Shown: one piece after another, positions 34,201 through 48,300 of the stretch
Layout: each line of letters opens with the position of its first letter
Position numbering within the stretch: the stretch's first letter is position 1
Source of the DNA: Eledone cirrhosa
Taxonomy: Eukaryota
Assembly: GCA_964016885.1 (NCBI GenBank)
Contig: OZ024744.1
Span: 106,702,001-106,766,000 of the forward strand
DNA length: 64,000 nt
Direction: 5' to 3'
The notes under the pieces: generated by a model
The model's database searches: none
What the model was told of the DNA's origin: nothing
The model's input: the letters and a program-made list of their open reading frames with translations, nothing else
Made by a program: the position numbers and the translations under genes

Positions 34201-37200
34201 CCTGTTTGTTGTAAAATGGGTGGGTGAGAGGGAAGTGCTGCATTCCAACCTGTTTGTTGTAAGGTGGGTGAGCGGGAAGTGCTGCCTTCCAACCTCTTTG
34301 TTGTAAGGTGTGTGAGAGGGAAGTGCTGCCTTCTAGCCAGTTTGTTCTAAAGTGGGTGAGAGGGAGTGCTGCCTTCCAACCAGTTTGTTGTAAGATGGGT
34401 GAGAGGGAGTGCTGCCTTCCAACCAGTTTGTTGTAAAGTGGGTGATAGGGAGTGCTGCCTTCCAACCAGTTTGTTGTAAAGTGGGTGAGAGGGAAGTGCT
34501 GCCTTCCAACCTGTTAGTTGTAACGTGGGTGAGAGAGAAGTGTTGCATTCCAACCAGTTTCTTGTAAGGTGGGTGAGAGGGAAGTGCTGTCTTCCAACCA
34601 GTTTGTTGTAAAGTGAGTGAGAGGGAAGTGCTCCATTCAAACCAGTTTGTTGTAAGGTTGGTCAGAGGGAAGTGCTGCGTTCCAACCAGATTGTTGTAAG
34701 ATGGGTGAGAGGGTAGTCCTGCCTTCCAACCTGTTTGTTGCAAAGTGGCTGAGAGGGAAGTGCTGCCTTCCAACCTGTTTGTTGTAAAACGGGTGGGTAA
34801 GAGGGAAGTGCTGACTTCCAAACAGTTTGTTGTAAGGTTGGTGAGAAGGAAGTGCTGCCTTCCAATCTGTTTGTTGTAACGTGGGTGAGTGGGAAGTGCT
34901 GATTTCCAACCATTTTGATGTAAGTTGGGTGAGAGGGAAGTCCTGCCTTCTAACCAGTTTGTTGTAAAGTGGGTGAGAGGGAAGTGCTGCCTTCCAACCA
35001 GTTTGTTGTAAAGTGGGTGAGAGGGAAATGCTGCCTTCCAACCAGTTTCTTGTAAAGTGGGTGAGAGGAAAGTGCTGCCTTCCAACCAGTTTGTTGTAAA
35101 GTGGGTGAGAGCGAAGTGCTGCCTTCCAACCATTTTGATGTAAGTTGGGTGAGAGTGAAGTCCTGCCTTCTAACCAGTTTGTTGTAATGTGGGTGAGAGG
35201 GAAGCGCTGCCTTCCAACCAGTTTGTTGTAAAGTGGGTGAGAGGGAAATGCTGCCTTCCAACCAGTTTCTTGTAAAGTGGGTGAGAGGAAAGTGCTGACT
35301 TTCAACCAGTTTATTGTTAGCTGGGTGAGAGGGAAGTGCTGCCTTCCAACCAGTTTTTTGTAAGGTGGGTGAAAGGGAAGTCCTGCCTTCCAAACTGTTT
35401 GTTGTAAGGTGGGTGAGAGAGAAGTGCTACCTTCCAACCCGTTTGTTGTAAAGTGGGTTAGAGGGAAGTGCTGCATACCAACCAGTTTGTTGTAAGGTGC
35501 GTGAGAGGGAAGTGCGTCCTTCCAACCAGTTTGTTGTAAGGTGGGTGAGAGAGAAGTTCTGCCTTCCAACCAGTTTGTTGTAAAGTGGGTGAGAGAGAAG
35601 TGCTGCCTTCCTACCAGTTTGTTGTAAGCTGGGTGAGAGGGAAGTGCTGCCTTCCAACCAGTTTGTTGTAAGGTGGGTGAGAGGGAAGGGCTGCCTTCCA
35701 ATCTGTTTATTGTAAGGTGGGGGAGAGGGAAGTGCTGCCTTCCAACCAATTTGTTGTAAGAAGGGTGAGAGGGAAGTGCTGCCTTTCAAACAGTTTGTTG
35801 TAAGGTGAATGAGAGGGAAGTTCAGCCTTCCAACCAGTTTGTTGTAAGATTGGTGAGAGGGAAGTGCTGCCTTCCAACCTGTTGGTTGTAAAGTGGCTGA
35901 GAGGGAAGTGCTGCCTTCCAACCAGTTTGTTGTAAGGTGGGTGAGAGGGAAGTGCTGCCTTCCAACCAGTTTGTTGTAAGGTGCGTGAGAGGGAAGTGCT
36001 GCCTTTCAAACAGTTTGTTGTAAGGTGAATGAGAGGTAAGTTCAGCCTTCCAACCAGTTTGTTGTAAGATTGGTGAGAGGGAAGTGCTGCCTTTCAACCT
36101 GTTGGTTGTAAGGTGGGTGAGAGGTAAGTGCTGCCTTCTAACCAATTTGTTTTAAAGAGGGTGAGAGGGAAGTGCTGCCTTCCAACCAGTTTGTTATAAG
36201 GTGGGTGAGAGGGAAGTGCTGCCTTCCAACCAGATGTTGTAAAGTGGGTGAGATGAAAGTGCTGCCTTCCAACCAGTTTGTTGTAAGCTGGGTGAGAGGG
36301 AAGTGCTGCCTTCCAAACTGTTTGTTGTAAGGTGGGTGAGAGGGAAGTGCTTCCTTCTAACCAGATATTTTTAAAGAGGGTGAGAGGTAAGAGCTGCCTT
36401 CCAACCAGTTTGTTATAAGGTGGGTGAGAGGGAAGTGCTTCCTTCCAAACAGTTTGTTGTAAGGTGGGTGAGAGGGAAGTGCTGCCTTCCAACCAGTTTG
36501 TTGTAAGGTGGGTGAGAGGGAAGTGCTGCCTTCCAACCAGTTTGTTGTAAGATTGGAGAGAGGGAAGTGCTGCCTTCCAACCTGTTGGTTGTAAAGTGAC
36601 TGAGAGGGAAGTGCTGCCTTCCCACCTGTTTGTTGTAAAATGGGTGGGTGAGAGGGAAGTGCTGACTTCCAACCAGTTTGTTGTAAGTTGGGTGAAAGGG
36701 AAGTGCTTCCTTCCAACCTGTTTGTTGTAAGGTGGGTGAGAGGGAAGTGGTGCATTCCAACCAGTTTCTTGTAAGGTGGGTGAGAGAGAAGTGCTGCCTT
36801 CCAAACATTTTGTTGTGAAGTGGGTGAAAGGGAAGTCCTGCATTCCAACCAGTTTGTTGTAAGGTGCGTGAGAGAGAAGTGCTCCCTTCATATCAGTTTG
36901 TTGTAAGGTGGGTGAGAGGGAAGTGCTCCCTTCCAACCTGTTTGTTGTAAGGTGGGTGAGAGGTAAGTGCTTCCTTCTAACCAGATATTTTTAAAGAGGG
37001 TGAGAGGGAAGTGCTGCCTTCCAACCAGTTTGTTATAAGGTGGGTGAGATAGAAGTGCTTCCTTCCAACCAGTTTCTTGTAAAGTGGGGGAGAGGGAAGT
37101 GCTGGCTTCCAACCAATTTGTTGTAAAGTGGGTGAGAGGGAAGTGCTGCCTTCCAACCAGTTTGTTGTAAGGTGGGTGAGAGGGAAGTGCTGCCTTCCAA

Positions 37201-40200
37201 CCAGTTTGTTGTAAAGTGGGTGGGAGAGAAGTGCTGACTTCCAACCAGTTTGTTGTAAAGTGGGTGAGATGGAAGTGCTGCCTTCCAACCAATTTGTTGT
37301 AGAGTGGGTGAGAGGGAAGTGCTGCCTTCCAACCAGTTTGTTGTAAGGTGGGTGAGAGGGAAGTGCTGCCTTCCAACCAGTTTGTTGTAAAGTGGGTGAG
37401 AGGGAAGTACTGGCTTCCAACCAGTTTGTTGTAAAGTGAGTGAGAGGGATGTGCTGCCTTCCAACCAGTTTGTTGTAAGGTGGGTGAGAGGGAAGTGCTG
37501 GCTTCTAACCAGTTTGTTGTAAAGTGGGTGAGAGGGAAATGCTGACTTTCAACCAGTTTATTGTAAAGTGGGTGAGAGGGAAGTGCTGCCTTCCAAACAG
37601 TTTGTTGTAAGGTGGGTAAGAGGGAAGTGCTGCCTTCTAACCAGTTTGATTTAAGAAGAGTGAGAGCGAAATGCTGCCTTCCATCCAGTTTGTTGTAAGG
37701 TGGGTGAGAGGGAAGTGCTGACTTCCAACCTGTTTGTTGTAAAGTGGGTGAGATGGAAGTGCTGCCTTCCAACCAATTTGTTGTAGAGTGGGTGAGAGGG
37801 AAGTGCTGCCTTCCAACCTGTTTGTTATAAGGTGGGTGAGAGGGAAGTGCTGCCTTCCAACCAGTTTGTTGTAAAATGGGTGAGAGGGAAGAGCTGCCTT
37901 CCAACCAGTTTGTTGTAAGGTGAATGAGAGGGAAGTTCTGTCTTCCAAGCAGATTGTTGTAAGATGGGTGAGAGGGAAGTGCTGCCTTCCAACCAGTTTG
38001 TTGTAAAGTGGGTAAGAGGGAACTGCTGGCTTCCAACCAGTTTGTTGTAAGGTGGGTGAGAGGGAAGTGCTGCCTTCCAACCAGTTTGTTGTAAAGTGGC
38101 TGAGAGGACCGCGCTGCCTTCCAACCTGTTTGTTGTAAAATGGGTGGGTGAGAGGGAAGTGCTGCATTCCAACCTGTTTGTTGTAAGGTGGGTGAGAGGG
38201 AAGTGCTGCCTTCTAGCCAGTTTGTTGTAAAGTGGGTGAGAGGGAGTGCTGCCTTCCAACCAGTTTGTTGTAAGATGGGTGAGAGGGAGTGCTGCCTTCC
38301 AACCAGTTTGTTGTAAAGTGGGTGAGAGGGAAGTGCTGCCTTCTAACCAGTTTGTTGTAAGGAGGGTGAGAGGGAGTGCTGCCTTCCAACCAGTTTGTTG
38401 TAAAGTGGGTGAGAGGGAGTGCTGCCTTCCAACCAGTTTGTTTGTAAAGTGGGTGAGAGGGAAGTGCTGCCTTCCAACCTGTTAGTTGTAACGTGGGTGA
38501 GAGAGAAGTGTTGCATTCCAACCAGTTTCTTGTAAGGTGGGTGAGAGGGAAGTGCTGCCTTCCAACCAGTTTGTTGTAAAGTGAGTGAGAGGGGAGTGCT
38601 CCATTCAAACCACTTTGTTGTAAGGTGGGTCAGAGGGAAGTGCTGCGTTCCAACCAGTTTGTTGTAAGATGGGTGCGAGGGAAGTCCTTCCTTCCAACCA
38701 GTTTGTTGCAAAGTGGCTGAGAGGGAAGTGTCGCCTTCCAACCTGTTTGTTGTAAGCTGGATGAGAGGGAAGTGCTGCCTTCCAACCAGTTTGTTGTAAG
38801 GTGGGTGAGAGGGAAGTGCTGCCTTCCAACCTGTTTGTTTAAGGTGGGTGAGAAGGAAGTGCTGCCTTCTAACCAGTTTGTTGTAAAGTGGGGAGAGGGA
38901 AGTGCTGCCTTCCAACCTGTTTGTTGTAACGTGGGTGAGAGTGAAGTCCTGCCTTCTAAACAGCTTGTTGTAAAGTGGGTGAGAGGGAAGTGCTGCTTTC
39001 CAACATGTTTGTTGTAAGGTGGGTGAGAGGGAAGTGCTGCCTTCCAACCTCTTTGTTGTAAGGTGGGTGAGAGGGAAGGACTGCCTTCCAATCTGTTTGT
39101 TGTAAAGTGGGTGAGAGGGAAGTGCTGCCTTCCAACCAGTTTGTTGTAAAGTGGGTGAGAGGGAAGGACTGCCTTCCAACCAGTTTGATGTAACGTGGGT
39201 GAGAGGTAAGTGCTGCCTTCCAACCTGTTGTTTGTAAGGTGGGAAGAGGGAAGTGCTGCCTTCCAACCTTTTTGTTGTAAAGTGGGTGAGAGGGAAGTGC
39301 TGCCTTCCAATCTGTTTGTTGTAAAGTGGCTGAGAGGGAAGTGCTGCCTTCCCACCTGTTTGTTGTAAAATGGGTGGGTGAGAGGGAAGTGCTGCCCTCC
39401 AACCAGTTTGTTGTAAGTTGGGTGAGAGGGAAGTGCTGCCTTCCAACCTGTTTGTTGTAAGGTGGGTGAGAGGGAAGTGCTGCCTTTCAACCAGTTTCTT
39501 GTAAGGTGGGTGAGAGAGAAGTGCTGCCTTCCAACCAGTTTATTGTGAAGTGGGTGAGAGGGAAGTCCTGCCTTCCAACCTGTTTGTTGTAAGGTGGGTG
39601 AGAGAGAAGTGCTACCTTCCAACACGTTTGTTGTAAAGTGGGTTAGAGGGAAGTGCTGCATTCCAACCAGTTTGTTGTAAGGTGCGTGAGAGAGAAGAGC
39701 TCCCTTCCAACCAGTTTGTTGTAAGCTGGGTGAGAGGGAAGTGCTGCCTTCCAACCTGTTTGTTGTAAGGTGTGTGAGAGGGAAGTGCTGCCTTCCAACC
39801 AGTTTGTTGTAAGATGGGTGAGAGGGAAGTCCTGCCTTCCAACCAGTTTGTTGCAAAGTGGCTGAGAGGGAAGTGCTGCATTCCAACCATTTTATTGTAA
39901 GGTGGGTGAGAGGGAAGTGCTGCATTCCAACCAGTTTGTTGTATGGTCGGTGAGAGGGAAGTGCTGCCTTCCAACCAGTTTGTTGTAAGGTGGGTGAGAG
40001 GGAAGTGCTGCCTTCCAACCAGTTTGTTGTAAGCTGGGTGAGAGGGAAGTGCTGCCTTCCAACCTGTTTGTTGTAAGGTGTGTGAGAGGGAAGTGCTGCC
40101 TTCCAAACTCTTTGTTGTAAGGTGAGTGAGAGGGAAGTGCTGCCTTCTAACCAGTTTGTTGTAAAATGAGTGAGAGGGAAGTGCTGCCTTCCTACCAGTT

Positions 40201-40654
40201 TTTTGTAAGCTGGGTGAGAGGGAAGTGCTGCCTTCCAACCAGTTTGTTGTAAGGTGGGTGAGATGGAAGGGCTGCCTTCCAATCTGTTTATTGTAAAGTG
40301 GCTGAGAGGGAAGTGCTGCCTTCCCACCTGTTTGTTGTAAAATGGGTGGGTGAGAGGGAAGTGCTGACTTCCAACCAGTTTGTTGTAAGTTGGGTGAGAG
40401 GGAAGTGCTTCCTTCCAACCTGTTTGTTGTAAGGTGGCTGAGAGGGAAGTGCTGCCTTCCAACCAGTTTCTTGTAAGGTGTGTGAGAGAGAAGTGATGCA
40501 TTCCAACCAGTTTGTTGTGAAGTGGGTGAGAGGGAAGTCCTGCCTTCCAACCTGTTTGTTGTAAGGTGGGTGAGAGAGAAGTGCTACCTTCCAACCTGTT
40601 TGTTGTAAGGTGGGTGAGAGGGAAGTGCTGCCTTCCAACCTGTTTGTTGTAAGG

Positions 40655-43600
40655 TGGGTGAGAGGGAAGTGCTGCCTTCTAGCCAGTTTGTTGTAAAGTG
40701 GGTGAGAGGGAGTGCTGCCTTCCAACCAGTTTATTGTAAGATGGGTGAGAGGGAGTGCTGCCTTCCAACCAGTTTGTTGTAAAGTGGGTTAGAGGGAGTG
40801 CTGCCTTCCAACCAGTTTGTTTGTAAAGTGGGTGAGAGGGAAGTGCTGCCTTCCAACCTGTTAGTTGTAACGTGGGTGAGAGAGAAGTGTTGCATTCCAA
40901 CCAGTTTCTTTTAAGGTGGGTGAGAGGGAAGTGCTGCCTTCCAACCAGTTTGTTGTAAAGTGAGTGAGAGGGAAGTGCTCCATTCAAACCAGTTTGTTGT
41001 AAGGTGGGTCAGAGGGAAGTGCTGCGTTCCAACCAGTTTGTTGTAAGATGGGTGAGAGGGAAGTCCTGCCTTCCAACCAGTTTGTTGCAAAGTGGCTGAG
41101 AGGGAAGTGCTGCATTCCAACCATTTTGTTGTAAGGTGGGTGAGAGGGAAGTGCTGCATTCCAACCAGTTTGTTGTAAGGTGGGTGAGAGGGAAGTGCTG
41201 CCATCCAACCAGTTTGTTGTAAAGTGGGTGAGAGGGAAGTGCTGACTTCCAACCAGTTTTATTGTAAGCTGGGTGAGAGGGAAGTGCTGCCTTCCAACCT
41301 GTTTCTTGTAAGGTGGGTAAGAGGGAAGTGCTGCCTTCCAACCTCTTTGTTGTAAGGTGGGTGAGAGGGAAGTGCTGCCTTCTAACCAGTTTGTCGTAAA
41401 ATGAGTGAGAGGGAAGTGCTGCCTTCCTACCAGTTTGTTGTAAGCTGGGTGAGTGGGAAGTGCTGCCTTCCAACCAATTTGTTGTAAGAAGGGTCAGAGG
41501 GAAGTGCTGCCTTTCAAACAGTTTGTTGTAATGTGAATGAGAGGGAAGTTCAGCCTTCCAACCAGTTTGTTGTAAGATTGGTGAGAGGGAAGTGCTGCCT
41601 TCCAACCTGTTTGTTGTAAAGTGTCTGAGAGGGAAATTCTGCCTTCCCACCTGTTTGTTGTAAAATGGGTGGGTGAGAGGGAAGTGCTGACTTCCAACCA
41701 GTTTATTTGTAAGTTGGGTGAGAGGGAAGTGCTTCCTTCCAACCTGTTTGTTGTAAGGTGGGTGAGAGGGAAGTGCTGCCTTCCAACCAGTTTCTTGTAA
41801 GGTGGGTGAGAGAGAAGTGCTGCCTTCCAACCAGTTTGTTGTGAAGTGGGTGAGAGGGAAGTCCTGCCTTCCAACCTGTTTGTTGTAAGGTGGGTGAGAG
41901 AGAAGTGCTACCTTCCAACCCGTTTGTTGTAAAGTGGGTTAGAGGGAAGTGCTGCATTCCAACCAGTTTGTTGTAAGGTGCGTGAGAGAGAAGTGCTCCC
42001 TTCCAACCAGTTTGTTGTAAGGTGGGTGAGAGGGAAATGCTCCCTTCCAACCTGTTTGTTGTAAGGTGGGTGAGAGGTAAGTGATGCCTTCTAACCAGAT
42101 TGTTTTAAAGAGGGTAAGATGGAAGTGCTGCCTTCCAACCAGTTTGTTATAAAGTGGTTGAGAGGGAAGTGCTTCCTTCCAACCAGTTTCTTGTAAAGTG
42201 GGTGAGAGGGAAGAGCTGCCTTCCAACCAATTTGTTGTAAAGTGGGTGACAGGGAAGTTCTGCCTTCCAACCAGTTTGTTGTAAGGTGGGTGAGAGGGAA
42301 ATGCTGCCTTCCAACTAGTTTGTTGTAAGCTGGGTGAGAGGGAAGTGCTGCCTTCCAACCTATTTGTTGTAAGGTGGGTGAGAGGGAAGTGCTGCCTTCC
42401 AACCTCTTTGTTGTAAGGTGGGTGAGAGGGAAGTGCTGCCTTCTAAACATTTTGTTGTAAAATGAGTGAGAGGGAAGTGCTGCCTTCCTACCAGTTTGTT
42501 GTAAGCTGGGTGAGAGGTAAGTGCTGCCTTCCAACCAGTTTGTTGTAAGGTGGGTGAGAGGGAAGGGCTGCCTTCCAATCTGTTTATTGTAAGGTGGGTG
42601 AGAGGGAAGTGCTGCCTTCCAACCAATTTGTTGTAAGAAGGGTGAGAGGGAAGTGCTGCCTTTCAAACAGTTTGTTGTAATGTGAATGAGAGGGAAGTTC
42701 AGCCTTCCAACCAGTTTGTAGTAAGATTGGTGAGAGGGAAGTGCTGCCTTCCAAACAGTTTGTTGTAAGGTGGGTGAGAGGGAAGTGCTGCCTTCTAACC
42801 AGTTTGTTGTAAAGTGGGTGAGAGGGAAGTGCTGACTTTCAACCAGTTTATTGTAAAGTGGGTGAGAGGGAAGTGCTGCCTTCCAACCAGTTTGTTGTAA
42901 GATGGGTAAGAGGGAAGTGCTGCCTTCTAACCAGCTTGATGTAAGAAGAGTGAGAGCGAAATGCTGCCTTCCAACCAGTTTGTTGTAAATTGGGTGAGAG
43001 GGAAGTGCTGCCTTCTAGCCAGTTTGTTGTAAAGTGGGTGAGAGGGAGTGCTGCCTTCCAACCAGTTTATTGTAAGATGGGTGAGAGGGAGTGCTGCCTT
43101 CCAACCAGTTTGTTGTAAAGTGGGTGAGAGGGAGTGCTGCCTTCCAACCAGTTTGTTTGTAAAGTGGGTGAGAGGGAAGTGCTGCCTTCCAACCTGTTAG
43201 TTGTAACGTGGGTGAGAGAGAAGTGTTGCATTCCAACCAGTTTCTTTTAAGGTGGGTGAGAGGGAAGTGCTGCCTTCCAACCAGTTTGTTGTAAAGTGAG
43301 TGAGAGGGAAGTGCTCCATTCAAACCAGTTTGTTGTAAGGTGGGTCAGAGGGAAGTGCTGCGTTCCAACCAGTTTGTTGTAAGATGGGTGAGAGGGAAGT
43401 CCTGCCTTCCAACCAGTTTGTTGCAAAGTGGCTGAGAGGGAAGTGCTGCATTCCAACCATTTTGTTGTAAGGTGGGTGAGAGGGAAGTGCTGCATTCCAA
43501 CCAGTTTGTTGTAAGGTGGGTGAGAGGGAAGTGCTGCCATCCAACCAGTTTGTTGTAAAGTGGGTGAGAGGGAAGTGCTGACTTCCAACCAGTTTTATTG

Positions 43601-45350
43601 TAAGCTGGGTGAGAGGGAAGTGCTGCCTTCCAACCTGTTTCTTGTAAGGTGGGTAAGAGGGAAGTGCTGCCTTCCAACCTCTTTGTTGTAAGGTGGGTGA
43701 GAGGGAAGTGCTGCCTTCTAACCAGTTTGTCGTAAAATGAGTGAGAGGGAAGTGCTGCCTTCCTACCAGTTTGTTGTAAGCTGGGTGAGTGGGAAGTGCT
43801 GCCTTCCAACCAATTTGTTGTAAGAAGGCTCAGAGGGAAGTGCTGCCTTTCAAACAGTTTGTTGTAATGTGAATGAGAGGGAAGTTCAGCCTTCCAACCA
43901 GTTTGTTGTAAGATTGGTGAGAGGGAAGTGCTGCCTTCCAACCTGTTTGTTGTAAAGTGTCTGAGAGGGAAATGCTGCCTTCCCACCTGTTTGTTTTAAA
44001 ATGGGTGGGTGAGAGGGAAGTGCTGACTTCCAACCAGTTTATTTGTAATTTGGGTGAGAGGGAAGTGCTTCCTTCCAACCTGTTTGTTGTAAGGTGGGTG
44101 AGAGGGAAGTGCTGCCTTCCAACCAGTTTCTTGTAAGGTGGGTGAGAGAGAAGTGCTGCCTTCCAACCAGTTTGTTGTGAAGTGGGTGAGAGGGAAGTCC
44201 TGCCTTCCAACCTGTTTGTTGTAAGGTGGGTGAGAGAGAAGTGCTACCTTCCAACCCGTTTGTTGTAAAGTGGGTTAGAGGGAAGTGCTGCATTCCAACC
44301 AGTTTGTTGTAAGGTGCGTGAGAGAGAAGTGCTCCCTTCCAACCAGTTTGTTGTAAGGTGGGTGAGAGGGAAATGCTCCCTTCCAACCTGTTTGTTGTAA
44401 GGTGGGTGAGAGGTAAGTGATGCCTTCTAACCAGATTGTTTTAAAGAGGGTAAGATGGAAGTGCTGCCTTCCAACCAGTTTGTTATAAAGTGGTTGAGAG
44501 GGAAGTGCTTCCTTCCAACCAGTTTCTTGTAAAGTGGGTGAGAGGGAAGAGCTGCCTTCCAACCAATTTGTTGTAAAGTGGGTGACAGGGAAGTTCTGCC
44601 TTCCAACCAGTTTGTTGTCAGGTGGGTGAGAGGGAAATGCTGCCTTCCAACTAGTTTGTTGTAAGCTGGGTGAGAGGGAAGTGCTGCCTTCCAACCTGTT
44701 TGTTGTAATGTAGGTGAGAGGGAAGTGCTGCCTTCCAACCTCTTTGTTGTAAGGTGGGTGAGAGGGAAGTGCTGCCTTCTAAACATTTTGTTGTAAAATG
44801 AGTGAGAGGGAAGTGCTGCCTTCCTACCAGTTTGTTGTAAGCTGGGTGAGAGGTAAGTGCTGCCTTCCAACCAGTTTGTTGTAAGGTGGGTGAGAGGGAA
44901 GGGCTGCCTTCCAATCTGTTTATTGTAAGGTGGGTGAGAGGGAAGTGCTGCCTTCCAACCAATTTGTTGTAAGAAGGGTGAGAGGTAAGTGCTGCCTTTC
45001 AAACAGTTTGTTGTAATGTGAATGAGAGGGAAGTTCAGCCTTCCAACCAGTTTGTAGTAAGATTGGTGAGAGGGAAGTGCTGCCTTCCAAACAGTTTGTT
45101 GTAAGGTGGGTGAGAGGGAAGTGCTGCCTTCTAACCAGTTTGTTGTAAAGTGGGTGAGAGGGAAGTGCTGACTTTCAACCAGTTTATTGTAAAGTGGGTG
45201 AGAGGGAAGTGCTGCCTTCCAACCAGTTTGTTGTAAGATGGGTAAGAGGGAAGTGCTGCCTTCTAACCAGCTTGATGTAAGAAGAGTGAGAGCGAAATGC
45301 TGCCTTCCAACCAGTTTGTTGTAAATTGGGTGAGAGGGAAGTGCTGCCTT
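40655..45350. repeat. Near-identical tandem duplication, period 2336 bp, inside the 44-bp array (boundaries approximate)
   Basis: ORF-track pairs 40679/43015, 40911/43247, 41703/44039 and 42091/44427 are all offset by 2336. Confidence 0.92.
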
Positions 45351-48300
45351 CCAACCTGTTTGTTATAAGGTGGGTGAGAGGGAAGTGCTGCCTTCCAACC
45401 AGTTTGTTGTAAAATGGGTGAGAGAGAAGAGCTGCCTTCCAACCAGTTTGTTGTAAAGTGAATGAGAGGGAAGTTCTGTCTTCCAACCAGATTGTTGTAA
45501 GATGGGTGAGAGGGAAGTGCTGCCTTCCAACCAGTTTGTTGTAAAGTGGGTGAGAGGGAACTGCTGCCTTCCAACCAGTTTGTTGTAAGATGGTTGAGAG
45601 GGAAGTCCTGACTTCCAACCAGTTTGTTGTAAAGTGGCTGAGAGGAACGCGCTGCCTTCCAACCTGTTTGTTGTAAAATGGGTGGGTGAGAGGGAAGTGC
45701 TGCCTTCCAACCTGTTTGTTGTAAGGTGGGTGAGAGGGAAGTGCTGCCTTCCAACCTGTTTGTTGTAAGGTGGGTGAGAGGGAAGTGCTGCCTTCTAGCC
45801 AGTTTGTTGTAAAGTGGGTGAGAGGGAGTGCTGCCTTCCAACCAGTTTGTTGTAAGATGGGTGAGAGGGAGTGCTGCCGTCCAACCAGTTTCTTGTAAAG
45901 TGGGTGAGAGGGAGTGCTGCCTTCCAACCAGTTTGTTGTAAAGTGGGTGAGAGGGAAGTGCTGCCTTCCAACCTGTTAGTTGTAACGTGGGTGAGAGAGA
46001 ATTGTTGCATTCCAACCAGTTTCTTGTAAGGTGGGTGAGAGGGAAGTCCCGCCTTCCAACCAGTTTGTTGCAAAGTGGCTGAGAGGGAAGTGCTGCCTTC
46101 CAACCTGTTTGTTGTAAAACGGGTGGGTATGAGGGAAATGCTGACTTCCAAACAGTTTGTTGTAAGGTGGGTGAGAGGGAAGTGCTTCGTTCCAATCAGT
46201 TTGTTGTAAGGTGGGTGAGAGGGAAGTGCTGCCTTCCAGCCTGTTAGTTGTAACGTGGGTGAGAGGGAAGTGCTGCCTTCCAACCAGTTTGTCGTAAAGT
46301 GAATGAGAGGGAAGTGCTCCATTCAAACCAGTTTGTTGTAAGGTGGGTCAGAGGGAAGTGCTGCGTTCCAACCAGTTTGTTGTAAGATGGGTGAGAGGGA
46401 AGTCCCGCCTTCCAACCAGTTTGTTGCAAAGTGGCTGAGAGGGAAGTGCTGCCTTCCAACCTGTTTGTTGTAAAACGGGTGGGTATGAGGGAAATGCTGA
46501 CTTCCAAACAGTTTGTTGTAAGGTGGGTGAGAGGGAAGTGCTTCGTTCCAATCTGTTTGTTGTAAGGTGGGTGAGAGGGAAGTGCTGCCTTCCAGCCTGT
46601 TTGTTGTAAGGTGGGTGAGAAGGGAGTGCTGCCTTCTAACCAGTTTGTTGGAAAGTGGGGGAGAGGGAATTGCTTACCTTCCAACCAGTTTTCTGTAACG
46701 TGGGTGAGAGGGAAGTGCTGCCTTCCAACCATTTTGATGTAAGTTGGGTGAGAGGGAAGTTCTGCCTTCTAACTAGTTTGTTGTAAAGTGGGTGAGAGGA
46801 AAGTGCTGACTTTCAACCAGTTTATTGTAAGCTGGGTGAGAGGGAAGTGCTGCCTTCCAACCAGTTTCTTGTAAAGTGGGTGAGAGGGAAGTGCTGCATT
46901 CCAACCAGTTTATTGTAAAGTGGGTGAGAGGGAAGTGCTGCATTCCAACCAGTTTATTGTAAAGTGGGTGAGAGGGAAGTGCTGCCTTCTAACCAATTTG
47001 TTGTAAAGTGGGTGAGAGGATAGTGCGTCCTTCCAACCAGTTTGTTGTAAGGTGGGTGAGAGAGAAGTTTTGCCTTCTAACCAGTTTTTTATAAGGTGGG
47101 TGAGAGGGAAGTGCTTCCTTACAACCAGTTTCTTGTAAGGTGGGTGAGAGGGAAGTGCTGCCTTCCAACCAGTTTGTTGTAAAATGGGTGAGAGGGAAGT
47201 TCTGTCTTCCAACCAGTTTGTTGTAAGATGGGTGAGAGGGAAGTGCTGCCTTCCAACCAGTTTGTTGTAAGGTGTGTGAGAGGTAAGTGCTGCCTTCCAA
47301 ACAGTTTCTTGTAAGGTGGGTGAGAGAGAAGTGCTGCCTTCCAACCAGTTTATTGTAAAGTGGGTGAGAGAGAAGTGCTGCCTTCCAACCAGTTTGTTGT
47401 AAGGTGGGTGAGAGGGAAGTGCTGCCTTCCAACCAGTTTGTTGTAAAGTGGGTGAGAGGGAAGTGCTGCCTTCCAACCACTTTGTTGTAAGGTGGGTGTG
47501 AGGGAAGTGCTGACTTCCAACCAGTTTGATGTAAAGTGGGTGAGCGGGAAGTGCTGGCTTCCAACCAGTTTTTTGTAAAGTGAGTGAGAGGGAAGTGCTG
47601 ACTTCCAACCAGTTTGTTGTAAAGTGGGTGAGAGGGAAGTGCAGCCTTCCAACCAGTTTGTTGTAAGGTGGGTGAGAGGGAAGTGCTTCCTTCTAACCAG
47701 TTTGTTGTAAAGTGGGTGAGAGGGAAGTGCTAACTTTCAACCAGTTTATTGTAAAGTGGGTGAGAGGGAAGTGCTGCCTTCCAACCAGTTTGTTGTAAGG
47801 TGGGTAAGAGGGAAGTGCTGCCTTCTAACCAGTTTGATGTAAGAAGAGTGAGAGCGAAATGCTGCCTTCCAACCAGTTTGTTGTAAAGGGGGTGTGAGAG
47901 GAGTGCTGCCTTCCAACCTGTTTGTTATAAGGTGGGTGAGAGGGAAGTGCTGCCTTCCAACCAGTTTGTTGTAAAATGGGTGAGAGGGAAGAGCTGCCTT
48001 CCAACCAGTTTGTTGTAAGGTGAATGAGAGGGAAGTTCTGTCTTCCAACCAGTTTGTTGTAAGATGAGTGAGTGGGAAGTGCTGCCTTCCAACCAGTTTA
48101 TTGTAAAGTGGGTGAGAGAGAAGTGCTGCCTTCCAACCAGTTTGTTGTAAGGTGGGTGAGAGGGAAGTGCTTCATTCCAACCAGTTTCTTGTAAAGTGGG
48201 TGAGAGGGAAGTGCTGCTTTCTAACCAGATTGTTGTAAGAAGAGTGAGAGGGAAGTGCTGCCTTCCAACCAGTTTGTTGTAAGGTTGGGGAGAGGGAAGT

